64,000 nucleotides of DNA. Origin: Moniliella sp. 'wahieum'. Taxonomy: Eukaryota. A model generated the notes under the pieces. It searched no databases and was not told where the DNA came from. It saw only the letters and a program-made list of their open reading frames with translations. The position numbers were made by a program, and so were the translations under genes. The stretch covers positions 1 through 64,000 of the forward strand of contig RSEE01000038.1 of NCBI GenBank assembly GCA_003971905.1, in the 5' to 3' direction. Positions 38,823-50,797 of the stretch are shown piece after piece. Numbering within the stretch: position 1 is the stretch's first letter; every line of letters begins with the position of its first letter.

Positions 38823-38981
38823 TGTTGACATCCGTCCTAGGACCGCGCGGACCTGAGTCACGTGAGTCAGCTTTCATTCCTTCCGAGCTCGCACCAGTCT
38901 TCTGGACGAGTCAGTCGCAGAAGCTTCTTAGTCCAATACGACGTTCAGTGCTCACATTCTGTGGTAGTAGCGAGGCCGACA
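38823..38981 (+). repeat. 5' LTR (159 bp)
   Basis: TGTTGACATCC...GAGGCCGACA, direct repeat of the 3' LTR. Confidence 0.98.
38854..38869. promoter_or_regulatory. Tandem Gcn4/AP-1 sites overlapping an E-box (TGAGTCACGTGAGTCA) in the LTR
   Basis: Two exact TGAGTCA plus CACGTG; the same block is in the 3' LTR; binding not demonstrated. Confidence 0.5.
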
Positions 38982-39035
38982 GAGTTACATCCTTATCTGC
39001 TCATCCCTGAGCTGGCCAAAACTACACCCACAACC

Positions 39036-40283
39036 ATGGGCGCCAACGCTAACACCGATCTCTCGGTCAGCGACACCACAATGGTGAACAAGCGCGATTA
39101 CTGGACACCAACCGGTCGCGATCCGCCACCGATTGGCACCGACAACGAGGAACTCATGATGCTTTGCGCCGAAGCGCACCTGTGGTTCAAGAAGACGAAC
39201 GACATCGATGTCGTTAAAGAGAAGATCAACAGAGCTATACACGACAGAGCCGAGTGGCTTGGATGGAAGGACGAACCTACGTCTATCACGACAAACTGGG
39301 TTCGACGGGCTACGAATTTTGTGGTGCAAAACATCCACCAAATGGAAACTCAACCCAACGCAACTTTGGGGGCACCTACAGGCGCAGCCTCGCGACCCGA
39401 GTACGACCTTTACAGATCACTACGCGAGTCTCCCACCAAGAATATCAAGTGGCCTGATCTGAACAAAGACCCGTCCGCCTACAGCGCTTGGGAAGACGAA
39501 TTTCTCTTCGCGATAACAGATGCCCACCCCCACGCAAGCGACGTCGTCCAGAATGGTCGCAGCTCCCGCTACTTCACCGAGGACCTCGACAGACGCTTGC
39601 ACAACCTTCTTAGGGAAGCCATGCCGTCAACCCTCTTCCGGACGATCCGCACCCACCACGAAATATCATGCACCCAGGACACGCTGAACATGCTGCGTCA
39701 GCGGTATGGATATACGCCTACCGCAAACAGAGGGCCTCTACTCATTCGCTACTTTTCGGCCGACCAAGGAAACCGATCGGGTCGAGACTACCTCGACTAC
39801 ATGGAAGAGATCAGTGCAAGCCTGACGCGAGCGGGCATCCCACTTACGGAAGAGCAGGAACGCACTGGGATCCTACTCGGCTTACGCGACATGAGCATTC
39901 GCCAGCGTGAAGAGCGCTCGAGTCTAGACAAGTTACGGCAGGCCGTGATGGACATACCAGCCGCCACGTATCCCGGTGGAGAAAGGAAGAGAAACGGAGG
40001 CAAGCCGGTCAACGGAGGAACGCCTTGGACTCGACCCGACAGCGGGGGACGACCCACCAGCGGGGGAAAAAACTCCAGCGGGGGCAAAGCCGGCGACGAC
40101 AACCTCGCGGACACAAAGACCAAGGGGCAAGACCGCACCAACCAACCCTGGCGCAGCGCGACGTCTAATAAACCTGTTGTCCCTCCGCGCAACCCAGGCC
40201 GAGCCAACGCTCACGTCGCTCAGAGAGCGAGCTCTCCCGAGTCTGAAGTGATTGACGTTGATGCGGGCACAGCTGACTACTAG
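39036..40283 (+). CDS. gag: Copia Gag
   Basis: YSAWEDEF; UBN2/gag_2-like GRDYLDYMEEISASLTRAGIPLTEEQERTGILLGL; no CCHC knuckle; ends with TAG at 40281-40283. Confidence 0.85.
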   Translation: MGANANTDLSVSDTTMVNKRDYWTPTGRDPPPIGTDNEELMMLCAEAHLWFKKTNDIDVVKEKINRAIHDRAEWLGWKDEPTSITTNWVRRATNFVVQNIHQMETQPNATLGAPTGAASRPEYDLYRSLRESPTKNIKWPDLNKDPSAYSAWEDEFLFAITDAHPHASDVVQNGRSSRYFTEDLDRRLHNLLREAMPSTLFRTIRTHHEISCTQDTLNMLRQRYGYTPTANRGPLLIRYFSADQGNRSGRDYLDYMEEISASLTRAGIPLTEEQERTGILLGLRDMSIRQREERSSLDKLRQAVMDIPAATYPGGERKRNGGKPVNGGTPWTRPDSGGRPTSGGKNSSGGKAGDDNLADTKTKGQDRTNQPWRSATSNKPVVPPRNPGRANAHVAQRASSPESEVIDVDAGTADY

Positions 40284-43200
40284 GAACTCGGGGGCGAAAT
40301 GCGAATCATCCGGGCATTATATGACAGTGGGGCATTCCCATCCATTTGGAAAGACAAATCCGTCTTCACATCCATGACCCCTTGCGACGACGAGATAGAG
40401 GTTGCTAACGGGACACATGTAAAGGCGGAAGGACGAGGCACGGCCACAATCCGTATCCGATGCTTAGGAGGACACCAAATGGAGATAAAACTCCCCAACA
40501 GCCTATACATGCCCCGTTTCAGCCGAAATCTCGTCAGTGTAGCACACCTGTCGAACACCGGAATCGCATCATACTTCGCCCCACACCAGAAGGGTATCTG
40601 GCTTGGTAACCCAGGATCCACCCTACGAAAAGTAACCGGCAGTGACTATCAATTCACGATCTTACACAACCCGCGAACGCCACCCACACCCCTGCGGGCC
40701 ATGGCGACCAAACCGATCAAACCGGCCGACCCACCCTCAACCCCAAACTCCCTCGCAGCATCCCTGGCCCTGGACCACGTCTCTAAAGCCCACAAACGCT
40801 GGAACCACGCAGCCATCGACCTCTCCCCTGGCTTACACGATCGGAAACCGCAGGCCTCCGCGTCACAGCCAAGCATATCTCCCTCTGTCGTTCAGAGTGG
40901 GATTGCCCAACATGCGCGGTGGCACTAGCGACAGCATCGCCCCATCCGAGCCGGGACCGCCTCCGATCCAAAAGACCTTTCGAGGTCCTCCACGTCGACG
41001 TAGTAGACCTCCCCGGGTAACCGGCATGGGGCACGGATACGCCCTCGTCGCCGTTGATGACTTCACGCGGTACGTCTTCACCACAGCGATCCCGACAAAG
41101 GGCGCTGCAACGAAGGAACTGCGGAACCTCATATTGCGGGAGCAACGCTACGGCCCGGACAGACTGCTGCGGACTTTGCGCACGGACAACGCCCCCGAAT
41201 TGACAAGCGCACTGCAACCTTTTCTGGACGAGCAAGGCATCACGTCAGAACGGACAATCCCGGGGCAGAGTGCTAGCAACGGTGTGGCTGAGCGTGCCAT
41301 CCGAACCATAACGACTCGTGCAAGGCAGTTGCTCTTGGGTACAGGTCTTCCGACGTCGGACTGGTGGGAACACAGCCTCCACGCTGCGTGCTTCACCCAA
41401 AACCAAATGCCACTCAAAACATCCGGGGAAGACAACAAATCGCGATTTGAGCGATACAAAGGCCACGCATACTCGTTACCGATGCAACCCTTTGGCCGCG
41501 TTGCATACCTCCATCTGCCCGAGTCACGCCGCGAGCACAAGCTCAGCGCGCGGGCAGAGGAAGGTATGCTGGTAGGATACCACCATCAGCGCGGATCAAA
41601 GGGATGGCTCTTCGCCACATACCAACCATCCCTGGGTACCTTCACCTACCGCTGGTCGAAACCGTACAAATGGGGCAACGCCATCTACCCCCATCTCCAC
41701 CCCGACCACTTCCCACCCGACATCTCCAAATCACCTCAAATTAAAATCGACAGTGAAAAAGACGCTAACCCTACTCCGCCAGCCGCGGCAGCACCCATGC
41801 CCCGAACCGCCGCCACACCCCAGACACCCGCTCCCACCACCACCCCCTCCGCGCCGCTACCCCCTCCGCCAGCGCACCACCCGCACCTCCCTCGACCTGC
41901 ACACACTCCCAATCGCTGACGACCCCACCGACACGACCTACCATGCTCGTGCTGCAGCCGCCACGCCCCACTGCGCCGCACCAGAGATCGGCATCGCCCG
42001 CCCCCTACCTGACACATCCGCCCCCCCGTTTGCCGACACAGTTCAACCTCCCGAATACGCCGCCATGACTGCTCTCAGCGCACCCATCCACCCGGACACG
42101 GTTCAGCTCACCAAGGATGGCGTACCCCTCGCTCCCAAGACGCTCAAGGGTCTCGAGACTCACCCCTCCTTTGCCATGGTCAAGCAGGCTATGGCCGACG
42201 AGGTGGCCACACTCGCGCGATACGGCACCTACGAGGCTACGTACCCACCACCGGGTGCACAAATCCTCATAGGACTATGGCGCATCACCACAAAGACGGA
42301 CGCCGAGGGCCGGTTCCTGCGCCACCGCGCGCGCTTTGTCGCGGGCGGACACCAACAATCGGCCGAGACTTGGGGCCAGACGTTCGCACCATCGGTGCGC
42401 ACACCTGCCATCCTGACCCTCGTCGTGCTGGCCGAGAAGTATAAGTTTGGCCTCTTCTCGGCGGACGTCAATGCAGCGTACCTGAACGCCCCCCTCGAAG
42501 AAGCAGTCTACATCCGCCCACCCCCCTACTTCCCCGAAGCGGGTGGTCGCGTGTGGCGTCTCAAGAAGAGTCTATACGGGCTACATCAGAGCGGAGCAAA
42601 CTGGGCACGATACATCCGGAACCTGCTGCGTGACAAGCTCGGCTTCACGCAAAGCTTGACCGAGCCCTGCTTGTTCGTGCGCGCTGCACCACCGGGTGAG
42701 CAGATCCTCCTGGCGGTCCACACCGACGATCTGCTCCTCGCATGCAAGTCACACCAAAAGTACGAGGAGTTTATGGCCGAGAAAACACACACATTGATGT
42801 TCGTGGTAACGGTCCCCTTCACTACCACCTGGGATGCCAATACGATCGGATCGGTGGGGAGCTGTACCTGAGCCAACCAAAGTTCATCGAGGAAGTGGTG
42901 GCAAAGCACCACATCAAAGCCCCGTGGATCCGGACTCTCCCACATCCCGTACGGATGATACCGCCCCGTGCCGACCCTGAACCCCCATCCCTCCCAGCCT
43001 TGCGCAAGGCATATCAGGGGAAGATCGGATCGGGACTGTGGGCTGCACGAATGGGCCGGCCTGACTCCCTCTTCGCTATCACGGCCCTCAGCAGAGCCGC
43101 TGCCGACCCATCGCAGCAGCATCATCAAGCAGTCGATGACTTCCTTCGCTACCTGTACCATACTCGAGGAAAGGGCCTGAGGTTGACCCCAACATCAGAT

Positions 43201-43722
43201 GCACCGGCCATTGCGCTGTATACAGATTCCGACTTGGCGGGAGATCCCATCCAGGCACGCTCCACATCTGGATGCCTACTGATGGTGTACGGTGTGCCGG
43301 TGTCGTGGCGATCCATTCTTCAGCCGAAGAGCGTTACCAGTACCGCCGCCGCCGAATATACGGCAGGATATGATGGACTGGTTGACGCCAACTATGTCAA
43401 GAACATCATGATCGAGCTTGGGGCCATCGGCGAGGGTACACCCATTCATTGGTATTGCGACAATAAGTCTGTCGTCGATCTCGCCCACAAATTTGGCAGC
43501 ACCGGCAAGCTCCGAGAGCTGAAGATCCGGTACCACAATGTACGGCAACACGTGGACTCGGGCGAGGCCATACTTGTACACATCCCCGGCGAAAGGAACC
43601 CAGCGGACGTCCTCACCAAGCCTCTCGGCCGTCCCGCCCTGACAAGCCATCTTGCTCAACTCCGCGTCGAGGAGATGGATCCAGTCCACATGACTGGGCC
43701 CTCCGGTCAGCGGGGGTGTTGA
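40284..43722 (+). CDS. pol: Copia Pol (protease, integrase, RT, RNase H) with about 3-4 probable error frameshifts
   Basis: PR LYDSGA; IN HKRWNH..CPTC, VDDFTRY, LRTDNAPE, SNGVAERAIRT; RT RARFVAGG, DVNAAYLNA, LKKSLYGLHQSG, VHTDD; RH YTDSDLAGD, AAAEY, CDNKS, NPADVLTK. Confidence 0.93.
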
Positions 43723-43876
43723 CATCCGTCCTAGGACCGCGCGGACCCTGAGTCACGTGAGTCAGCTTTCATTCCTTCCGAGCTCGCACCAGTCTTCTGG
43801 ACGAGTCAGTCGCAGAAGCTTCTTAGTCCAATACGACGTTCAGTGCTCACATTCTGTGGTAGTAGCGAGGCCGACA
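43717..43876 (+). repeat. 3' LTR (160 bp)
   Basis: Direct repeat of the 5' LTR, preceded by a short G-rich tract AGCGGGGG. Confidence 0.98.
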
Positions 43877-44642
43877 GTGGGTAATAAAAGCGCTCAGTCG
43901 GGCGTTGGCCGGTGGCCGGTGGCGCCGTTTCGGGGCACTTTGGTCTTTAGTCCCGCCCGGGGCCGGCGGGGGAAGGAGGCAGACAGGAGAATTGATCGCT
44001 GGCAGTTTATAAGCGTTCTTGGGGATCTTAGGAATAGCCTTCCCACTGATCTCGCCGGTCCGTCTAGCATGAAGCTTGACCACCGTTCGGCCATCGTGCA
44101 TACTAGCAGGCCGTATATGCACTGTGGCAATTCACCACATCTACTCGGATTGGAAAACCCCCATTCACCAAACCCGTATCTCGGTCCTGAGGGGGTGATG
44201 GCGTCCAACTCTGAAGAACTGCGCTAAGTATGGCTTTCCATGGCTCACAATAGGGTCGACTCCCAAGGTGTGGTATGCGGAACTAGGTCGAGTTGGGTAA
44301 GCTATAGTAGAAACCAATGCACATTCACATGTCACACCTGCAGCGCCGACAATGTGGGGAAAGCGTGGCGCATGAGGTCAAATTCAGAGAGCATGAGGGG
44401 GACGGCATGCAAGGGGCGCTATAAAGGTGCGAGAATACAGCATGACAACAAATTAGTGCCTGTCAACGTGCTCGTGAGAGGTGATCAGTTGGCCGCGCGG
44501 GACAAGAGGGCCTAGGAAGGGGGAACGGGAAGAGGGGGGGGAAGGTATGAGATCTGAGAGATGAAGCGGAATAGCTGAGGGATGGGGGGAGACTGTGTTG
44601 TACACTTTTAACTTTCGAGCCACGAAGGGGCGGTTAAAGCGG

Positions 44643-45884
44643 TCACCGGGTCTCGGCCAAGTGAGCAGGAGCGTCGCCAAAACATCGCTTTGTGATCTTT
44701 GAGAGAAACGTCAGTATGGGGATGGGGGGTAGGGGTTGCAAGTGGGCAGGCTTACATGATCATCCTTGAGCAATTGCGAAAAAGTCGCATCCCGCAACGG
44801 CGAAGGCAGGCAGAAGCAAAGCCTCGGGCCCGTGGGTTGTCACTCAGGCGCAAATAGCAGCGCACGACATGCTTGAGCAGGCGCACGGAATTGGTATCAA
44901 CGATTTGCTTGGTGATGTTACTCAAAACTTGCGCCACCGCAGAAAAGCGCTCGTAGGTCTGGCAAACGTATGCCAATCCCGTATCGCGAGCAGGATTTTC
45001 TGAACGATAAAAATAGCAACCGTCTTGCTCAGCTCGGAGCCTGTCTCCATGATGCGGAGAGACAGAGGAATAATCTCGGTGCTAAGCAAAAACTGGATGA
45101 CTTCGGTGTTGTCATTCTGCTTGACCAGCGCGCCAATCACACCGAGGGAAGTGAGGGCGGGAGGTACTCAAACGGCCGCGCCTTGGATGGTGTTGAGGAA
45201 CGGGTAGAGAAGCAGGGGGGTCTGGGCCTGCAAAAAAAGGGGACGGGTCTCGCTGTGCGAGGCAATGCACATCAAGGCCACGCGCATTGCACACTCGATT
45301 GGAAGACTGGGCTGTCAAAGCGGGGGGTGACAGAAGGGGGTAGACGGCAATGATTTCTTGGATGAGAGTAGGCATCACACCTGGAAGCGAGGGGCCCACG
45401 TCAGTTGGCGCTGTCGGGAGAGAGGGGGCGAGAGAGTGGAGACATACCAAAGCTGTGCCAGAGTACCAGGGCAAGATCCATACTGCTCCCGCTTCTTGCT
45501 AAGCTCGAGAAGAGCAAACTCCCGGGCACTGTCGCTGTTCCGGCGCTCCTGGGGAGGGAGGGAAGGGTCGGGGGCGGTAGCGAGCTGGGATATGAGAGAG
45601 TAAACAGAGGTGGACGTGGACGTGGACGTGGACGTGGACGAGGACGAGGACACAGCCGGCAGCTGCTCCGGTTGAGACTGGAGTAGGGTGGCCAGCAAGG
45701 GGCGAGGGCCCCTGGTGCGCTGGGAGGGGGCGAGGGCCGAGGTAGTGCGGGGCGGCAGGGCCACTGTAGGAAATGGGGCGGGGATGGGAGGATGAGGCGT
45801 CGAAAGCGCAGGACAGGGAACGGGCGAGGGCGGGACGAGTGGGCGGGCGGTGGGGCGGTGGGCGGCGTCAGGGGGCGGGGACAT
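44643..45884 (-). CDS. CAF40: CCR4-NOT subunit Caf40/Rcd1/CNOT9
   Basis: [101 protein letters not shown]; two introns. Confidence 0.95.
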
Positions 45885-46391
45885 GCTTTGGGGAGCGGGC
45901 AGAAGGAGGGGGGGGCGGTGGCTGGCGGACGCAGGACGCTGGGCGCAGAACGGCAGGCGGCCAGCGCAACGGGGGCCAGGGGCAACCGAGTGGTGGGGGT
46001 GGGGGCAGGCAAGCCACGCGTGCGGGGAAGCAGCGCTTGACGCTTCAAGCTTCAAGCTTCACAGCCTGCCGAACAGCCTGGAACAGCACTGGAACAGCCC
46101 GCCGTCGCCCATCGCCTCATCGTCTCTCCGCTCGGCAGCCCGCCAGAAAAACTAACAGCATTGCATCACCATGCCTGCCTGTGACCACGCGTCCCCAGCC
46201 GGCCCCTGCACCACGACACGAACGCTGACGTAACGCACCCGTTGGCACGCGCACCCCCAGCCGCTTCCGCGTCCATTCCGCCCACGGAGCCTGCACACGA
46301 ACCCGCCGCTTACCTCAGCAGCCCGCCTCGCACCTTCTGCTGGCCACCTTCTCACCGCCGCCCACGTGCTCGCAACCGACGCCGGCACACC

Positions 46392-47364
46392 ATGCTCGCA
46401 GCTGGCTTGCGCACTGGACTGAGCGCCCTCGTGGGCGCCAGCGTGCGTCCCTCGGTGCAGCGCGTGGCCCCCCGCATGCTCCCCGGCGCCCTTCCCGCCC
46501 TCCCAGCGCTCGCCGCCTCCTTCGCCCGCCCGACCAGGTGCGCCATGCCGGTAACATTGCTCCGCGCCGCACCAAGCACAAGAAATCCCACAAGGGCCGA
46601 GTCCCCACTCGCATTGGCGGCTCCATCAAGGGCACGCCTGACCGAGGGTTCCTTTGGCATCCGTGCCCTCTATCCCAGCCGCATGACCGCCCGCCAGCTC
46701 GACGCCTGCGGGCAGAGCATCCGTCGTCATTTGCGTGCCGTCAAGGGTGGCCAGATGTGGATGAAGGTGTTCCCTGACATCCCCGTCTGTGTCAAGGGTG
46801 ACGAGTCCCGTATGGGCGGTGGCAAGGGCTCCTTTTCTCACTGGATGTGCCGTGTGCCGGTGGGGCGCGTGATCTTTGAGATTGGAGGCCCCGTTGACAT
46901 CAAGCCTGAAATTGCGCGCGAGAGTAGGTACACTGTCTCCGCCTGGCCTGTTCTCTCCCTGCTGACACTCTTTCCTTCCTTTCAGTTCTCCGTATCGGCT
47001 CCGCCTGTGCCTGCCTGTAGCGACAGAGTTTATTGACAAGGACTCTCTCCCTCGTCTGGGCAACGTCCTGGTGCCCAAGGACTGGAAGCCCATCGGCATG
47101 CTCAGCCACCAGGAGCGGGCCGAACTGTGGGACCACTCGACGGCCATCCCGCGGCACTTGCTCGCCCCGGCGCGCAAGGCAGCCCAAGAGTCGGCCGAGC
47201 AGGCAGCTAAGGAGGCGCGCAAAAACAAGAACCGGTTGCGCTTGGGTCAAAAGTTGCAGACCCATGCGGCTGAGAAGGCGGCCAAGGCAGCGGCGAAGCT
47301 GGTTGACCTGCAGGTAGGTGCGTACCAGCCCAAGGATGCGACCGCCCTTGCGTCAAGGCGATGA
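46392..47364 (+). CDS. MRPL16: Mitochondrial ribosomal protein uL16m
   Basis: Presequence; PRRTKHKKSHKGRVP, FGIRAL..RMTARQL, VFPDIPVCVKGDESRMGGGKG, GRVIFEI; intron ~46925-46985. Confidence 0.92.
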
Positions 47365-47531
47365 ACTACACTGGCCCCGATACTCGGACGGCCTACCTCC
47401 CCAGCGGAACGGGTCTGCAAAACCCTGGCTGTTAATGCGGAGCAATCTAATGGTTTGTATGAAATCGTATCCTCCTCCATCACTCCTCACATACATAGCA
47501 GGAAACCTTCTTGAATTGTTAATGAGCCTGA

Positions 47532-49508
47532 TTAGGGTACAGCATGGACTCCTGCAGCACTGATCCGAAAGTCCACCGCTTCCACCCCTTGGCCTGCAGC
47601 AGGAGCCCAAGCACAAAATGCGATCCCGAGCTGGCGTTGGGGGGAGAGGGCGTACTCCTCTGCGTCGCCTTCCTCCGGCACGTGGGAAGACAGGGATGCT
47701 CGGCGGGGTTTCCGACGAAGGATGAGGCGCGCGTGGATGCAGCTGGACCAGACCGGACCCAACTGGGCCACCACGGGGTCTGTGGGGTGAGGACGAAAAA
47801 CCGTCTCTCCGTCGAGTGAGCGTTTGAGAGTTGAATCGAGGTGCATCCCACAAGTGGCCATCAGCCTGCTCAACCTCCGAGTCCAGTGGGCGGCCGTGGG
47901 AGCTGTAGTCACGCACATGATTCACTGCCAAATCACGGCTCCAGCACGATTACTCCCTGGCAAACCGGGGGTGGCAAGCTTCTTGAGACTGGTCGAAAGG
48001 GTGGACAAGCGACGGGCTCGCTCAAGGCGAGCTTGGATGGTGTTGCCACCTTCACTCCCCTCGTCCACCTCTGCTAAAACGGGTAAACTGTCGAGCACGA
48101 TCAGCCGGAGACGGCCTTGGGTGGCCCGGTCCAATGCAGGGAGCCCCTCCTCGATCATGGCCTGGAAGGCAGGCCAGTACGGGAGAAGTAGTGATGTGCA
48201 CACGGCTCAGTACCTCGGCAACGAGAGTGTCCAAGAGGCGTGACTTGGCGTGCGGTTTGATGCTGTGAGGAAAACGAGAAAAGGGTACGTCGCCATCCGA
48301 ATCGCTGCCTCCATCGCCAGGCAAATCAAACTCGGTATCGGAGCTGGAACGAAACGGAGTTGCACTGGGCGCGGTTCGACGGACCCGAAAGATCCCACTG
48401 GCCGAGGGTGGCGTCTGAGTACGGAAAACTCCCGAGGCTGGGGGCTCGGGCACGGGAGTGGAGGGGATAGCGGAGGGGGGAGTGATGGGCTTCATTTTCC
48501 GGGCCAGACGAGCGCGAACCATATCCGAAATGCGTCGGACAGCGCGAGCAGAAGCAGCGCGTCCACCCGAGACAATGAGAGCTGCATGCGCATCCTCGTT
48601 GCCGGGAGAGGTGAGCATGCAGGCCACAGTGGAGAGTGCCATTTGGGTCTTCCCTGAGCTCCCGTCCCTACCAGTTCCGTAATGGTACCGTATCGCAGCC
48701 CTCCTCCCAGTGTTGTATCCAATGAGGGAATACCCGTTGAAATCGAGTCTACCGTAACTAAACTGATGTCCTTCTCGCTCAAGCACCTTCCGGTAGTGGG
48801 TGGAGAGACTGGTCGTTTTGTCCCGCTCAACGATGCGGCCGTGGCCGAAGAGGAGATGGGAGAAGGAGGCGACAAGTCCAGCTGAGCTCCAGACCCATCC
48901 ACCGCTGTTTCTCTAGGTCTGGCTGGAGTATTCGGCCAGAAAGGACGGTCAATCGAAGCCCTCGCCTCGATGTCTTGTCCGGGAGTGGACAGCACAACGT
49001 CTTCGTCTCTCTGTGTTAGGCAGGCGGGGAAAAGAGGCGCCGGATGAATATCAGACGCGCACGCTTGGCTGGTGGTGTGCTAGCATCCGATGTGCAATAG
49101 GCTGAGAGGGGGGTTGAGACGGGGAGGGCTGTTCTGCGGACACGGCTTTGCAACTGGGTCAGAGCATTGGCGGCCGTGTCAGACGCGGCAGGACTGTGGC
49201 GCGTGAGGCGGGCGGTCAAAATAGCGCGCTGCTTGGACGAGGGCAAAAGCAGGTGGAGCGGTTCGGTCACTGACGCTGGGCAGCAGGAGGTAGGCAGAGG
49301 GAAGCCATGAGACGGGCCAGTCAGCGATGCACGCGCCGAACAGGGGCAGGATCAGCTCACCCTGGGCACAGGCCGCAGCCTCGATGGGCGTGAGCTGGCA
49401 GAGCTGCCGCAAGGACGTGCGGCGGGGGGCGGCGGGGGCAGTGGCGGTGGCGGTGGCGGCGGCGGTGGCGCTACTGCTGGGGCGACTGCTGCTCTGGGTG
49501 GATGGCAT
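47532..49508 (-). CDS. Rad51 paralogue (XRCC3/Rad57/Rec2-like)
   Basis: ISTGIPSLDTTLGGGLRYGTITELVG..SSGKTQ (Walker A), LRLIVLDSL (Walker B), AVNHV, WSSCIHARLIL; frameshifted. Confidence 0.85.
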
Positions 49509-49913
49509 GAGAGGGTGGAGGCGATGGGCTGAGTGTCGCGAACACCCAATATTGTGGCTGGCCATCACCGCTTAACCACCCCAACGCGCTCTGCCGCGTG
49601 CAATTCCAGGCCCAGCCTGCCCTCGCACGCGCGCGTGTGTCTTATGTCAGCACACATTGCACATTTCAACTGGGAGGGATGTGATGCATGCATGTGATAG
49701 CAGCCTGCACTGCATTTTTTGTTTGTTTGGCGCCCCTAGTTGGCCCAGCAAGGGGGCGCGCGTTGCCAGGCACAAGCCACGCCAAGCATTCGGGCTTCGC
49801 GCCCTACCACCACCCCCACCTCCCCCCACCCCTCCCGCCCTTCCTCTCCCCTCCGCCTGCCCTCCTGCCCGCACTCCTTATCATCGCACCCCGCCCCGTG
49901 CGCCACACTCACC

Positions 49914-50797
49914 ATGGACGACGTTCTCTATTTCCTCAAACGCCACCGCAAGCAGATCTTCCGCGGCCTCAAGAAAGCCTTCACCTGGTGGAAGCAGCAC
50001 CAGGCAGAGGCAGCGCGCCGCGCGGCGCAGGCGCAGGCGCTGGTGCCGCTGCCGGGGGTGCCTGGGCTCATCATGAACAGCAGCAGCAGCAGCAACAACC
50101 GTATCCGCAACAGCAGTATCAACCGCCACCCCAGCCTCCTCCTGGCGGCGGGAGCCCTCGCTGGGCCGAAGCACCCCCCTCTTGGCACGCTGCCGCCCAG
50201 GGGATCCATGCCAACGTCCGCCCCAACTATAAGGACAATGCAGTCAACAGTCGCAATCCAGAATACAAGAAACTTCGCGACCAAGCGCGCAGTGAGGGGG
50301 ACAAGATGTCCCACGCGTTTGATGCCTCTCACAAAGCCTATTCTTCTGGTGATGGCGCGCGCGCCAAGCAGTTGTCCCAAGAGGGAGAGCAGCACAAGGC
50401 CCGCATGAACCAGCTCAACTCCCAGGCCGCCAACTGGATCTTCCAGGCCAACAATCAAGACTCGGCTGCAAATGAAGTGGACTTGCATGGTCTCTACGTC
50501 AAGGAGGCGCTGGACGTGACCCAAAAGGCTGTCGCCGAGGCCCGGCGTCAGGGCAAGCCCGAACTCCGCATCATTGTGGGCCAGGGCGAGCATTCTGCCG
50601 GCCACGTAGCCAAGATTAAGCCCGCGGTCGAGTCGATGATGCATGAACAAAACTTGTCCGCCAAGCTGGATTCGCACAACCGGGGTGTAGTTATCGTGTA
50701 CCTTGGTGGTGGCGGTGGTCCACCCCAAGCTGGCTTCCGCGGCGGCGACTTCACCAATGAGCTCACCAAGAACAACGAAGACTGTGCAATCATGTGA
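49914..50797 (+). CDS. DUF1771 plus Smr domain protein (Ypl199c-like) with C-terminal CaaX
   Basis: KLRDQARSEGDKM..AYSSGDGARAKQLS; VDLHGLYVKEA; LRIIVGQGEHS..KIKPAV; ends CAIM*; poly-Q tract. Confidence 0.9.

Larger units (their letters stand above)
38823..43876 (+). mobile_element. Full-length Ty1/copia LTR retrotransposon with 5-bp TSD GTGGG
   Basis: LTRs 38823-38981 and 43717-43876 (TG...CA, identical except one extra C); TSD at 38818-38822 and 43877-43881; domain order gag-PR-IN-RT-RH. Confidence 0.98.

Noticed and set aside
43757..44227. 156-aa ORF sharing its N-terminus with the gag ORF
   Set aside because: Artefact of the duplicated LTR reading into flanking DNA.
43877..44640. Expected divergent PDX2/SNO partner beyond the retrotransposon
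   Set aside because: No glutaminase motifs (GGES, GTCAG, FHPE) seen; the next gene is CAF40.
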